From: Neocallimastix sp. 'constans'
Taxonomy: Eukaryota
DNA: 64,000 nt
Direction: 5' to 3'
NCBI GenBank assembly: GCA_050613775.1
Contig: JBODTK010000016.1
Span: 682,001 to 746,000 of the forward strand
Every line of letters starts with the position of its first letter. Position 1 is the first letter of the stretch. The position numbers and the translations under genes are program-made. The notes under the pieces are model-generated. The model was given only the letters and a program-made list of their open reading frames with translations, was not told where the DNA came from and did no database searches. Positions 1 to 15,642 of this stretch are shown here, piece by piece.

Positions 1-871
1 AATTTTTTTGTTTTTGTTTATAAATATTTTATAATATTTATTATTAAATTATATAATATACAATAATAATATACTTTAATGTAGTACATTTCTATTACAT
101 TTTAAACTCAGAATTATTAAAATATTTTATTTATAAAAATAAATAAAATATTTTATAAATAAAATATTTATAAAATAAATTTTTAAAAATAATTATTTAA
201 TAAATTTTATAAAGATATACCAAGAACTTTAAAAACTTTATGTAGCCATAATAAAATTATAATCATAATGATTTTTTACCAACTTAAAAAATTAATAAAA
301 TTTATGTAATTTAAATATAAATTTCAATTTAATATGTCATATTATTTAAATAAAATTTATTGTTAATATAGAAAACTAAAGATATAATATAATATAATAA
401 TATAAGCAACCAATGAATTACAAGTTAATGTTTTATAAGTAAAAAATATTAAAAATTAATTGAATTAATTATAATATTCTTTATTTATTAGGTTTCTCTA
501 TTTTTTTCCTTTTTAAACATATGGGATTAAATTTTTCTATTATTTTAATTTCTACATATTTATCCATCTATATTATCTATCTAATTAATACAATGTTCTC
601 AAAATTATTAAAAATTTTAATTTATATTTTTTAAAAATTAGAACATAGATACTTTTAAAAATTTATATACTTTTTAGTTCTTCATATATACTATAAAAAA
701 ATATTAATTAAATACAAAAGTTTTTAAGTTTTTGAATATTATTTATAACATATAAAAAAAATTTTTTTTAAAATAGCTACATTAATAAAATATTAAATAT
801 CGTTATTTTTTTTTTTATCATTATTCATATTTTTTTCTAATTTTCTTATAACTATTTTTCATATATATATA

Positions 872-1633
872 TTAAATATTCCATGAATTCTTTTTGTTTT
901 GGAAATCAACTTCTTGCCATTTTAAGAATTTTTGGTACTTATTACGTTCGTAATTATCAAATTCAATTTTTTCATGGCATCTAATTTGTTGACGATAAAC
1001 TTCTAATTCAACCCTTTTTTTATATTCATCAACACTTAATGGTTCTTTCTTAATATTTGAATTTCCACAACTGTAAGAATAAGAACGATTTCTAGTAATG
1101 ATCTTTTTTTGTTTCTTTTCTTGTTCTTCAATTTGGTTGTTTATTAAGTCCTCGATACTTAAAACATCATCTTCTGAAATGAAAGAAAGAGATTTAGAAC
1201 GAGTGTGTGTATCCATTTTACTTGAAATCTTTCTTAATTCTGCATTTAATAATGGATCAGTAGACACTATACCACTATTTGACCTTTGATTTGTAATTTT
1301 GAATTCACCTTCTTCTTGAATTGGCTCAATAGAAAATTTAGATAACATAGTATTATTATTCATATTATTTACTTCCTTAACATTATATCCTGACAAGAGA
1401 GTAGCTGGAACACTATTAGAACGTGGTCTTACTAATGTACATTCAATATCACATTGTCTACGAGATGACCCATACAATCCATATGAATTTGGTGGAGCCA
1501 TAGACCTTGTTCTTTGATGTTTTTTAACTTCTTTTTTATTTAATTGATCTATTTCTTCCTTATTTTCAAGAATAAGTTTGTCGAAAATTTCTTGACACTT
1601 TTTAGTTAATTCTTCGTAATTGTTTGTAGCCAT
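872..1633 (-). CDS. Hypothetical protein, 253 aa, single exon; several R-x-R-S-x-S-like motifs
   Basis: Uninterrupted ATG..TAA ORF with higher GC than its flanks. Motifs RTRSM, RPRSNS, QRSNS, HTRSKS, RNRSYS. No family recognised. Confidence 0.75.
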   Translation of the reverse strand: MATNNYEELTKKCQEIFDKLILENKEEIDQLNKKEVKKHQRTRSMAPPNSYGLYGSSRRQCDIECTLVRPRSNSVPATLLSGYNVKEVNNMNNNTMLSKFSIEPIQEEGEFKITNQRSNSGIVSTDPLLNAELRKISSKMDTHTRSKSLSFISEDDVLSIEDLINNQIEEQEKKQKKIITRNRSYSYSCGNSNIKKEPLSVDEYKKRVELEVYRQQIRCHEKIEFDNYERNKYQKFLKWQEVDFQNKKNSWNI

Positions 1634-4600
1634 TTTAATATTTTTGATTTATATTATAGGTTTGGATAATGAATTAATTTTTTTTTTCTTCTTTAAATAT
1701 ATGTTTACAATTATTAATATTCTTATGTAAAATTAATATTTGTTTTAATATTACTTTTTTTATATACAAAATTTTACAAATAATTTTATATTAATAATTA
1801 TAGTTTTAATAGAGAGAATCCTTTTAATGTTCTATCTGTAACTTTAAAACTACAGTGATATAAAATCTTTTAACTATATAGAGAATTAATAATTTTCTCT
1901 TAATATTTAAAATTAATTTATATAAATATGATATATACTTTTAATTACATATATACTCTAAGAATTTAAAAATTAATATGAAAAAAAAAAAGAGAAAAAG
2001 ATATTTTTTTTATGTTTAAATATTTTTTTTTTTTTATTTTGAAATTTTATTTTATTTTATTTTATTATTATTTTTTTTTCAATTTTTATAAGGATTAAAG
2101 TTTTAAAAATCATAATTATTTTATTTTATTCTTTTCTTTTCTTTTTTTTTTTTTTTTTAAATTGTTTAAACAGATATATACTATAAAAAATACTAAATAA
2201 AGAAATTATTACTAACGGTATTTTTTAATTTAAGCATGATTGGCTGTCAGTTGATATAACTTAATAGCATATTTAATTATTTAATATAATAAATATTGAA
2301 AAAACAATATTAGTAATATATTCCAATATAATTACTTCAAGTTATATAATTAATTTCAAAAAAAAAATCACAGTCCCTATCATTCCATTTTAATATATAT
2401 TTTTTTTATTAAAAAATATTATTTAATTTTATTACATGTAACAATTATTTTATTATTATTATTATTATTTTTCAATTTAATTTTATTACATGTAACAATT
2501 ATTTTAATATTATTATTTTTCAAAGTTTTTTATTTCATTAAATATTATTAAAATACAAATAAACTTTGAGAAATATAAGGTAGTTTAAAATTAAAATAAA
2601 ATTAAATTAATATTATGATTTAATTTTATTTGTAAAGTGAAAAATTAATAATATACTAAAAATTATAATATTTTTTTAAAAAAAAAAAGGAAACTTTTCA
2701 TTAGTTGTATAATAATTAATAATTTGTACTTAAATTTTCCTTAGAAAATATTAATGTTAATAAAAGAATATAACTTTTATTTATCCAAAAAAAATTTATT
2801 ATTAGTAATATTTAATATGTAATAGACCATTTTATATACTAATAGAAAATATATATTATTACAGTTTAAGTTTTTTCCTTTAAGTTGAAGGAAAAAATTA
2901 TTATATAAAGTTAATATAATAATAAAATACTTTAATAATATTGAAAAAAGGAATTTACGAATATTAAAGAATTTACAATATCTTTCCCATTCGTCTTAAT
3001 TATATATGTAAATACTTTGATAATAAATAAAAAAGAAAAATTACTATATAAATAAGTAAATAATAAAATAGTAATCAAAACAAACAAACATACAAACATA
3101 CAAACAAAAAAATAAAATAAAAAAAAAAAAAAAAAACATTCAAAGCACCTTGAATGCTTATTATTTTAATGGATTAGTGGTTTATCAAATTATAAGCTCA
3201 TGTTTTTAATAATATGAAATCAAATTATATATTTTTTGTAGTAATTCAACATAGTCATTAGAATTATAGGAATTTAAATCATTAATTTAATTTTTTTTAT
3301 GTCAAATAAACTTTAATATATAATAATAATAATAATTTTAATTTATCAAGTTTTCAAAAATAATATTTGAAATTCATAATTCTGATTTATTTATTTATTT
3401 ATTTATTTATTTATTTTTGATGGTTTTTTTTATTTTATAAATATGTATTATAAAATAGAAATATGTAAACATGAAAATATATGACTATATGGATAATATA
3501 TAAATATTCATGTATATAATTTTATATGAAAGTTATTTAACATAAATAAATAAAAAAAAAATTATATCATAGTTGATTAAAAATTCTAATTAATATTTCA
3601 TTTTGTTTATTATTAACGATTATTTTTATTATATTTTAATTATCAATTTTTTACGCATTTATTATTTTTAATTGTTTTATGATATTATTGTTAGTATTAT
3701 TATCAATTTTATAATAGAATTACTTTTAGTATTTGTTATTTTGTATATGAAATTATTATTATCTAATTTATTATTATATTTTTAGTATTTGTTATAATTT
3801 TTATTACAGTAGGATATTCTTAACAAATTATATTATTGTAATACTTATGTATTATTTTTTTCATAGTTAAAGATAGTTTTATTACACATTAATATTATTT
3901 TATAATATTAACAATCATTTTTACTATAATAATATTAAATTGATCATATAAAGTAATTTTTTTTTTACCATTTTGTGATATTATATTTTTTATAATAAAT
4001 ATTTGCTATTTTTATTTTGAATTACAATAATATTTTATAATATTATTGTAATTAAATTAATTTAAATAATAATAATAATTTATATTAACTTAAATTTAAC
4101 ATGATAATAATTATAATAATAATAATATGAAATAAATAAATTAATTAATAAACAATATATAAATATATTAATAAATAATAAATATATATGTTATTAAATA
4201 ATATATAAATAAATAAGTAATAAATAAGTAATAAATAAGTAATAAAAAATAAATAATAAATAAATGATAAATAATAAATAAATGATTACAAAAAATAAAA
4301 ATAATTATAAAAAGTATAAATAATTATAATTAATTATAAATAATAAGAAATAAGAAATAATAATTTAAATCATATACCGATATTATAAATTTAGATTATT
4401 AATTATTTTTAATGTTTTATTAATATGAAATATTTAATATTAATAAAATTTTAATGTTTTATTAATATGAAGTATTAAATATTAATAAAATTTTAATGTT
4501 TTATTAATATGAAATATTAAATATTAATAAAATTTAACTATTACTTTCATAATAAAATTTCAGCAGTAATATTTTTAGCACTTTTGTATTGATTTTATAT

Positions 4601-4865
4601 CTTTTCCAAAAATAATTAATTCTAAGAGAAATTATATTCTGATATTATAAATTTAGTTTATTAATTGTTTGTAAATGCTTTATTAATATGTATAATATTT
4701 AATTAACATATTAAATCTTAAAATTTTATATTAATTATTATTCATATAATAAAATTTTAACAGTAATAGTTTTAGCATTTTTGTATGATTTTATATCTTT
4801 TCTGAAAATATTTAATTTTGAGAGAACTAATCTTTATTTTAAATTACATTTATATTATATTTATT

Positions 4866-6269
4866 GGGGGAGGTGCATTTCGAAAAATTTCATTTAGGAA
4901 AGTTTCATTTCGCAAAATTTCATTTTGGAAAAGTTTCATTTCGCAAAAATTTTTTTTAAAGTTAATAAATTAATAAATTAATAATAATACAAATAAATAA
5001 TATATATAATTTAAATAAATAACTAAATAAATAAAAATAAACAAATAAAACTATAATAAATAAATAAATTTAAAATTAAATTTTTTAAAAAAAAATATTT
5101 ATATAAATATATATAATAAATATGAGTTATATAATAATAAATATTCATTAGAATTAAAGCTTTAAAAAAATAAAATATTTTATCATACATTTTAAATATT
5201 CTATAATATATAATTAATAATAATTTTATATATATATAAAAAAAGTATTAATAATTTAAAAGATGTATAAAGATAATAATTTAAAATATAACTATTAAAA
5301 TTAAAAATAATTAAAAAATAATTATTATAAAGATTAAAAAATAATATCTAAATAATTAATTGATCATTTTACACCTTTTAAGTCCTTGCACAGTATTTTA
5401 AAAAAATCTTAAATTACTAATAAATTTTTTTAATAAAAGAAATATTTATAAATAATTCAGTAAAAAAAAAAAAAAAAAAAAAAAAAAGATGAGGACATCA
5501 TAAAAAAGGGAGTTAAAAGTAGCACAAAGTTAGGATGATTTTAGGTGGTATCTATTTTTTTTTATTTTATATTTTAATATTTTATATTTTATATTTTAAT
5601 ATTTTATATTTTATATTTTAATATTTTATATTTTAATATTTTATATTTTATATTTTAATATTTTATATTTTTTATTTTTATATTTTTTATTTTTTTTTTT
5701 TATTTTATATTTTTATTTTATATTTTTATTTTATATTTTTTATATTTTTTATATTTTTTTTTTTTTATTTTTTATTTTATTTTTTATATTTTTTTTTTTT
5801 TTATTTTTTATTTTATTTTTTTTATTTTATATTTTATATTTTATATTTTATATTTTATATTTTATATTTTATATTTTATATTTTATATTTTTTTTATTTT
5901 ATATTTTTATATTTTATATTTTATATTATATATTTTATATTTTATATTTTTATATTTTATATTTTTTTCATTTTATATTTTTACATTTTTTATTTTTTAT
6001 TTTATATTTTTTATTTTTTATTTTATATTTTTATATTTTATATTTTTATATTTTTATATTTTTATATTTTTATATTTTTATATTTTATAGTTTATATTTT
6101 ATATTTTATATTTTATATTTTTATATTTTTTTTATTTTATATTTTATAATTTTTTTTTATTTTTTTATTAATTATTTATTTATTTATTTTATTATTTATT
6201 TATCTATTTATTAAAATTTTGCGAAATGAAACTTTTCCGAAATGAACTTTTGCGAAATGCCACACACTC
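4866..6269 (+). mobile_element. Non-autonomous Mutator-like (MULE/MITE) element, family A, copy 1
   Basis: Ends GGGGGAGGTGCATTTCG... and ...CGAAATGCCACACACTC with inverted subterminal TTTCATTTCG(C/G)AAAA arrays. Exact 9-bp TSD ATATTTATT at 4857-4865 and 6270-6278. Confidence 0.88.
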
Positions 6270-8698
6270 ATATTTATTGTATAGCAACAATTTTCAATCA
6301 ATTCTATATGTTTTATTTTTAAATAATATTATAATAAAATTTGAAATATTGTAAAATTTTTTACTATTATTCTCTAATATAATTATTATCATTTATCATA
6401 TATAAAAAGCCAATACTGGATATTGTTAATTTAAAACTCCCTATATGTATTGGTTCTTCAAAACTACAGTATATCGTAGCTAAAGCTTCAATGTGCCTTA
6501 TAAAGGCTGAGAAATGTAGTTGATGTAAGCCTTTAACCATCACGAAGTAGTAAGTCTATATGAATATATATGTACATATTTTTTAAAAATGGGTAATAAG
6601 AATTTATTATTATTTATTATTTAAAAAGTTCTTTATTGATTAAATTTGTGTAATAATTAATTATGCCCATAAGTAGAATAAATCAAATATAAATATTAAA
6701 TCTTATCAAATATTATTTTATAAAATTTTTGTTAAAAATTTTTGACATTATAAATAATCAATAGTATTGGTTTTATTTTAAGAAATAGTCTATTAAATTA
6801 TAGATGAATGTAAAAATAAAAAGGTCTATTTTACATTAAGTGGAATTAAAATCATTAATGCTTTATTTTAAAGAATAAAAAATTTATTATATTTATTATT
6901 TTATCATCTTTAATGTTTTAATATTTTAATGTTTTAATGTTTTAATATTTTTATTATTTATTTTTAATTTTTAATAATTTATAATTCATTATTTTTATCA
7001 TTTAATTATTTAATATATAATATATTTCATATTATAATTTGTATAAATATTTTTTAACTTATAAAAAAAATAATTCAAAAATAAAGTATAATTATTATTG
7101 AAAATAAGTATAAACACGAATATTTATACTAAATTTTTAAATAGATTATAAATAAATAAATAAATAAAAATAGCTAACTAAATAAATAATATTTTTTAAA
7201 AAAAAAAATACACTTTCTTTATTTATTTATTATCTATTATTCTTTTAATTTATGTAAAAGATAATAAATAAATAAATATTTAAAACTATCAAAATAAAAT
7301 ACTAAAATTTTAAATAGATTATTAATAAATAAATATATAATAAATAAATGATAAATAAATGAATAAATAAATGAATAAATAAAAATAACAGACTAATTAA
7401 ATAATTTTTTTGAAATATATATATATATATATTTTATCATAAATTATAAGAATAAATAAATAATTAATTAATTGTTTAAAATACTATCAAAAAAAATAAT
7501 AATAATATTATACATTCTTTAACATAAATTAAAAAAATAATAGATAATAATTAAATAAATATTTAATTAATTATTTAAAACTATCAATTAATATAAATAA
7601 TAATAATAATAGTAATAATTAACATGCCAATTGTTTTTGATAAAAATAATACTAATAGTAGTAATAATAATAATAAAAATGCCAATAATACATCACTGTT
7701 TTGATTAAAATAATAAAAATAATAATATTACTATTAAAAGATAAAACAGTTGATAAAATATATTATGTGGAGTCACTCTTAAAAATTTAAAGTTATATGT
7801 ATTCTAAAAAGTAAAATAATAGGAATTGAAATTTATAAATTTAAAATATTTTATCATATTATAATGAATTTTTTCAATAATCTCTAAATATTAATAAGAT
7901 CTTTTAAAATATATATAATATATTTTTTTTAATTATTTAAATTATTATACTATAATTAATTGCATTTTTACTTTTATAAATATATGAATGAAGGATAAAT
8001 TAAATAATAAATATATGAATAAAGGATCAAATTATTATAAATATATGAGTTAATAATAAATCAAATAATTATAGAATATGAAATTATTGTAAATATATGA
8101 ATAATATTATTTTAAATATATAAAATAAAATCATTATAAATATATGTATAGAAGATAAATAAATTTGTTATAACTGTTGATCAAGGACTTTTATATTTTT
8201 CAATTTTTTTAAAATTTTGTAAAATATTTTAATTTATAATATAAAAAATATTAATTATATTAAAAATTCATATTTATTAATAAAAATTCTATTATTATTA
8301 ATCATTTGATGTTTCAAGTTAGGTATTATTAATATATATATTCTATAATATGTTATATATCTTATTTTAATAATAATAAAATTCAAAGCAATGATACAAA
8401 ATACTATGCTACTATAAACATTAATATCCAATATGTCATGTCATTTTTTATTATTCTTATCTATAATAAATTATAATATTTGAAGTTATAACTTGTTTTT
8501 TAAATTTTAAATCGTTACAAAGAACTTAAATAACTTATATTTGAATAAATATAATAATATTTAATTATATTTAGAAAAGAGAAATATTTGATACATAAAT
8601 AAAAATAACAAACTAAGAGATTATTATTAATTAAAAACAGTATGATAAACTTAAGATTTGTGTAATATAGTTTTTTTATTTTTTGTTATTATTATAAT

Positions 8699-8745
<47 letters not shown>

Positions 8746-9504
8746 ATTTAAATCAATTAATATAAATATAAATATAAATATTTAATATAAAAATAAATAC
8801 TAAATATAAATATAAATAAATATTAAATATAAATATAAATATAAATATAAATATAAATATAAATATAAATACTAAATATAAATATAAATAAATATAAATA
8901 TAAATATAAAAATTTCATTGTGTTGGTAAAAGTTATATTAACCAAATTTCAATATAATTTAGAATGTTGTAATTTTAATAAATATATTTTTTTTATTTTT
9001 TAGGTTATTAAAACAGTATTACTGATGTATATTTAATTTAATTCATTATTTAATAATGAAAATGAAAAATATATATATAATATTATATTCTATATTGTTT
9101 GTGGCTTGCATATATAAAAAACATTAATATTTTTAGAAAAAATATATTGATACAAAATTTTTTATATTATTTTTAAGGAGATGAAGAGATACTAAAAAAA
9201 GAAAAAAGAATAAAAAAAAGGATGAAGTTTTATTAAATAAATTATATAGGAATTTAGAGGAGATGTTAAAAAAAGAAAAATGAAAAAATGAAAGGAAAAA
9301 GTTATCAGGTTGTTGTATTTATAATACATTTATTATATTTATAGAAATACTAAAATAGAAAAAAAAAAAAAAGCATATTTCATATCTTATTGTAATTTTT
9401 TATAAAATATCGGCATTATTAATGGAGTTTAAAATTAAATCAATCATTTATTATCTAAAATAAATATCTTATTGTAAATTAATGCAATTTTAAAATTCTG
9501 AGAT

Positions 9505-9885
9505 TAATGGGAGGAGAGGACAATAGGGCCTCCAGTCTCTCCCTTAAAGGTATCAGACGTCATACCGTTTTTCATAGACCTCTTTTTAAGCAAGGCTAAT
9601 ATGAAATGACATTTCCTATACACTAATTTATACGACGGACTTCTTATCAATGTCTATTAAACCATCATCATGGGAGGAACAACTACATCAATTCTCTCAC
9701 AGATCAAGCAATAACAATTATATTGTCTAGTAACAGGAATAGTTATCATGGCGATTGAACAACTAATATTATTTATAGGGAAAAACCCTGTGGGAGAATA
9801 TCTCCCCATATAAATTCAGGAGGCAGTGGCGGGTCGATCTAGAATTTTTATATTTGTTAGTATCAAGTACTAACCACTGTAAAAA
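9505..9885 (-). repeat. GC-richer dispersed repeat, possibly SINE-like; homolog at ~15930-16082 in the opposite orientation
   Basis: Reverse complement shares GTGGTTAGTACT, GATCGA.CC and CCTCCTGAATTTATATGGG with the 15930-16082 copy. Confidence 0.55.
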
Positions 9886-10147
9886 TTAAAGAGACTTTAA
9901 TTATTATTAATTATTATCAAAGATTTAATTTGTTATGATTATTATTAATTATTATCAAAGATTTAATTTGTTATGATTATTAAGAATATTATGAATTATT
10001 ATTAATTATTATAAAAGATTTAATTTGTTATGATTATAATGAATATTATAATTAGGATATATTTATATTATTATTAATAAAAAAAAGTAAAAAAAAAAAT
10101 TTATTTATTATTTTTTCAATATAATAGGTTTCATAATATTAAATGAA

Positions 10148-10275
10148 AATTAATGGTTCAACAATAATATGAATATTCAAGATTTAACAATTATTTGATG
10201 AATATTATAGAAAATTAATATTCATTTAATAATTTCTAAATCTTGAATATTCATATTATTTTTGAACCATTAATT
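10148..10275. repeat. Imperfect ~125-bp foldback (hairpin MITE-like)
   Basis: AATTAATGGTTCAACAATAATATGAATATTCAAGATTTA is matched by inverted TAAATCTTGAATATTCATATTATTTTTGAACCATTAATT. Confidence 0.75.
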
Positions 10276-11930
10276 ATATCAATAAATATTAATATTTAGC
10301 AATATATATTAAAATGTTATAAGGGGTTATAACAAATAAAATTGTTTAATAGTTAAAATAGTAAAATATAATTAATGTATAAAAATATATTGTATTAAAT
10401 TTATAATACTAATAATTTAAATAGAAATAAATTACTAATATAATGAAAATATGTTTATTAAATTTATAATACTAATAATTTAAATAGAAATAAATTACTA
10501 ATATAATGAAAATATGTTTAAGTTACAGATTTTATTAAAATTTATATTAAATTTGTATTATTTTTTATTCCAGAATTAATCATTTAAAATAGTAATAAAT
10601 ATAAATATAGTATATTATAACAATTATAATTTAAAGTATTTACAATTTAACAATCCATAAAAATTATTATAAATTCAATTTAATATTGATATTTAATCCT
10701 TTTTTTTTTTTTTAAAATTTATTAAAGATTAAAAAAGTTTAAATCAATTTAATTTATTTAATTTAATTTTATATAATTTTTTTTTAATTGTATACTTTTT
10801 ATTTTAAAGGTTAAGAGAAAACAAATAAAATTATTATGATACTATTATTAAATTGTTACAATATATTATAATTTATTATTAATATAATGTACAATATAAA
10901 CAATATAAATTAATAATATATTGTTTTATATTACTGAATATAAATCATTAAATAATACCTTTCCGTTCATTAGTTCATTAATTCACTATTTAATATCTTA
11001 AAAATTATTTTTTTTATTTATATTATATATATAATAAATTATAAAATTAGTAAATATTTTAATTTTATTTAGAGAATATAATTTAAATTGTGATACTAAA
11101 GTTAATGTGTAATTTTATAAAAAATAATGTTTATATAACTTAAAAAAAATTTATTTTATTATATATATGATATATATATTATATATAACTAAAAAAAAAT
11201 TGTATGTTGCACAATTATCTTAATTAATTTGATATTAATATCAATATAATTATAATATATTAAAAATAAAATCTATTGTAAATAAATAATATAATAATAT
11301 ATAATAAACTAATTGAAAATATAAATATATCATTTATTTCCTTCAAAAAATTATTTTCATTTTTTTTTATATATATTTTATTCAAATTAAAAAAAAAAAA
11401 AAAAAGAAAAGTTATTGAAATATTTTTTATTATTTCTTATTTAATATTTTATTAAATAGAAAATAAAAGATAAATAACACTTATTTAAGAAAAGTTATTA
11501 ATTTAATCTTATTTTGAAGTTTAAGGACAAAAAAATAATATTAAGATATTATGTTTTAACTTCAAAATAAATGAAAAATATATATAAATTAAGAAGCGAT
11601 AACTAGCACTTTGAAATAAAGTGATAAGTTAAAACTTAGAAAAAGTAACAAATAGTTCTATAAATATATATATATAAATATTTATTAAGCTCATTAAATT
11701 AATTAAAAAAAAAATAGGATTAAAAAATTATAAAAATAAATAATTAAAATAAAAAATAAAATAAAAAGGGGAAATATAAATAAAAGTTTTTTAAATAATT
11801 AAAAAAATAAAAAGGGGAAATATAAATAAAAGTTTTTTAAATAATTAAAACAAAGTAGTTAAATTAAAAAAAAAGAAACAAGAATAAAAATAAATAATAT
11901 ATTTAAATTCACTCAATTATTAAATTAAAA

Positions 11931-12689
11931 ATGGATTATTCAAAAAGTAATATTAAGAAATTCAATGACAGTCATTTTTTGAATTCATTAATTGATTTTT
12001 CTCCATTATACTTCTTATCGATTTGGAGGGACATTCCAATCAATCAATTGTCAAGTCATGTTTCACCTAAAGTTATATCTGACTTATCAAAAAAATTTAG
12101 ATATCTGGTAGAAATTACAAAGTTCCCATATCAATGTGTCTTATCTAGTACTTATTACTTATATATGTTGAGTAAGAAGCATCCTGAATTAAAGGGATAT
12201 GGTTCTGAAAGAAATTTAATGGTAATGGCTTTAATGGTTACTAATAAAATGGTATGATGTTTTTATTATTAATATTTCATATGAATAAAATATAGATATA
12301 TTAATTTATATATTTTTAATTTTAATTGTAAATACATATTATAGTTATATGACAATACTTATTCGAATAAAACTTGGTCAGAAATTAGTGATATACCTTT
12401 GGATGAATTAAATATTATGGAATTAGAGTTTTGTGGAGTATTGGATTATAATTTAAACATTGATCCAAAGAATTATGGTATATGGGAAAATTATATGAGA
12501 ACATTGGTTGCAAAGTTCGAAAGTGATTCAGTTAGGAGACTTAATAACTTAAAGACATCAAGGGCCTTTATTCAAGAAAAATTGAATACAAGACAAAAAA
12601 TAAATAATCCACCAAGTCCAGTTACACCTATAACCCCAGTAGATGAATATTCAAGCATAAATAGAAGTAGAAAACATTCCCTTTATTAG
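11931..12689 (+). CDS. PHO80/PCL/Clg1-like cyclin, ~221 aa; exons 11931-12251 and 12345-12689
   Basis: A GT..AG intron at 12252-12344 joins ALMVTNKM to LYDNTYSNKTWSEISDIPLDELNIMELEFCGVLDYNL, a typical cyclin-box segment of the PHO80/PCL family. Phase is consistent. Confidence 0.88.
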
Positions 12690-14509
12690 TATAAATAGAA
12701 TGATAAATACACAAATTTAGTCATTTAGAAAATATAAAAATTATTTTATATTGCTTTATTTTTATATAAGACTTAAAAAAGAAGTTTCAAAAAGAAAAAA
12801 AGAAATATATTTTTTATTCCTATTTTTTTTTAATATAAAATACAATAATTTAAAAAATGACTTTAAAAAAAATCAATGCTATTATATTCACAAATAATTG
12901 AACGAATGGATTATTTATTTTTATTTATTTATATTTTAAATATTTATATATATATTAATACAATTGTTACTTTAAAATATTAAAACAAAAAACAAAATCA
13001 AAAATTATTAAATTTTTATTTAATAATGTATAATATTTAACATTATAAATTATAAATGATATAGAACATATATAACAAATAAGAAAAAAAAATATATAAA
13101 AATATAATACTTTAAAGATTTATAAAATAAAATTATGAAAGTATTATAATTATTATTTGTTATTTGTAAATAAACTTTTCTTTTTTTTTTTTTTTATTTT
13201 ATATATATAAATAATAATAAATATTTTATTGTTATTTTTTTTTATATAATAAAATTTTTATTATAAAACTAAAAACAATATTTATAAAAAAAAAATATTA
13301 CAATAACTAATTATAAATTATAACCTATTTATTTTATATAAATAAAATAAATATATAAATATTAAATATATATATATAAAAATAATATAAATATTAATAA
13401 TTATTTAATATTTATCATTAATTCGAAAATATTTCATACATTAAACTAAACATCATAATAACCAATAAACACAAACAATAAATAAATTTCTAAAAAAAAA
13501 AAAAAAAAAAAAAGATGAAAAAGAATTAATAATGTTATATATCATATATTAAGAATTTGGTGTTAAATAATGTTTATTATTTGTTGAATATTTATTATAA
13601 ATATGAGAATAGAATAAATATATTTATCAAAAATATATATTTAGTTTTTATTACAAATTCAAAAATATTTCAAAAATTTAAGCATTGTATTAACCTATAA
13701 ATTTACTATGAAAAAAATAAGATGAAAGAAAATTTATATTTATGATATTAAAGTATTTGTTTTGTTTATTATATATATATTCTTTTTTTTTTTTAAACAA
13801 AAAATAATTATATATAATTTAAATATTTAAATATTTAGTTTTAAATATGTTAAATATAAATAAAATAGAATTTATTAACTAAAAATTTGAATAATTTTAT
13901 TTTTTTCAAAAATTTAAAATATTATTTAAAAATTAATTATTAAAAACGTCTTTTTTTAAATAATTTTAATTATAATAAAAAGAAAAATTTTAAGGGTGAT
14001 TTTTGTTTTAAAAGAAAAAGAATAGATGAATTGTAGGAGAAGAATATGGATTAAAATAATTGATAGAAGAGTTTAAATTATTTTTTTATTATATTAAAAT
14101 TATCTTATATAATTTTTAATTATTATAATAATATTATTAAAATTAAAGTTGTGAAACACGTGTATTAACTTTATAATTAGTATATGAACTTTATTAAATA
14201 TACTAAACATTATTTAGATATACATTCTATTCTATATTACTATAAAAAAAAAAGAATATTTATGTTTTTTTTTTATAAATTAATATATATTCCTCCTTTA
14301 ATTTATTTTTTTTTTATAAATTAATATATATTATCCTATAATTTATTTAACTATAAAAATATACATGGGGTGTTGATTAAATTTTTCAACAAAAAATATA
14401 CATAAATAGAAATATTAATAGTCAAATATTATTTATGATATGTAACTTTGTATTATTAAATTAAATATATAAGCCACATATTAATTTTATAGAATTATAC
14501 TTTAGTAAT

Positions 14510-15599
14510 CTGTGTGTGTCATTTCGCAAAAGTTCATTTCGCAAAATTTTAATAAATGGATAAATAAATAATAAAATAAATAAATAAATAATAAAAAAAT
14601 AAAAAAAAAAATTATAAAATATAAAATATAAAATACAAAATAAAAAAAATATAAAATATAAAATATAAAATATAAAATATAAAATATAAAATATGAAATA
14701 TAAAATATAAAATATTAAAATATAAAATATAAAATATAAAATATAAAATAAAAAATAAAAAATATAAATAATATAAAATAAAAAAAAATATATATATAAA
14801 ATAAAAAATAAAAATATAAAATATAAAATATAAAATATAAAATATAAAATTTTATAAAATATAAAATATAAAATATAAAATATAAAATATAAAATATAAA
14901 ATATAAAATATAAAATATAAAATATAAAATATAAAATATAAAATATAAAATAAAAAAATAAATATCACCCTTAACTTTGTGCTACTTTTAACTCCCTATT
15001 TTATGATGTCCTCATTTTTTCTTTTTTTTTTTTTTTTTTTTTTTTTACTGAATTATTTATAAATATTTCTTTTATTAAAAAAATTTATTAGTAATTTAAG
15101 ATTTTTTTAAAATACTGCGCAAGGACTTAAAAGTGTAAAATGATCAATTAATTATTTAGATATTATTTTTTAGTCTTTATAATAATTATTTTTTAATTAT
15201 TTTTAATTTTAATAGTTATATTTTAAATAATTATCCTTTACATCTTTTAAATTATTAATACTTATTTTATATATATATATATAAAATTATTATAAATTAT
15301 ATATTATAGAACATTTAAAATGTATGATAAAATATTTTATTTTTTTAAAGCTTTAATTCTAATGAATATTTATTATTATATTACGTATATTTATTATATA
15401 AATATTTTTCTTTTTTTTAAAAAATTTAATTTTAAATTTATTTATTTATTATAGTTTTATATATTTATTTTTATTTATTTAGTTCTTTATTTAAATTATA
15501 TATATTATTTATTTATTTTATTATTAATTTATTTATTTATTAAAAATTTTGCGAAATGACATTTTTCCAAAATGAAATTTTTCGAAATGCACCTCCCCC
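14510..15599 (-). mobile_element. Mutator-like family A, copy 2 (inverted relative to copy 1; left tip altered, no clear TSD)
   Basis: TGTGTGTGTCATTTCGC... to ...CGAAATGCACCTCCCCC, with the shared internal block CTTTGTGCTACTTTTAACTCCC...GATGTCCTCAT. Confidence 0.85.
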
Positions 15600-15642
15600 A
15601 TCTCTATCATAAAATATATTAATAAAATTGATATAAATATAA

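Noticed and set aside
6405..6600. Mildly GC-enriched patch
   Set aside because: No ORF, repeat partner or convincing structure found.
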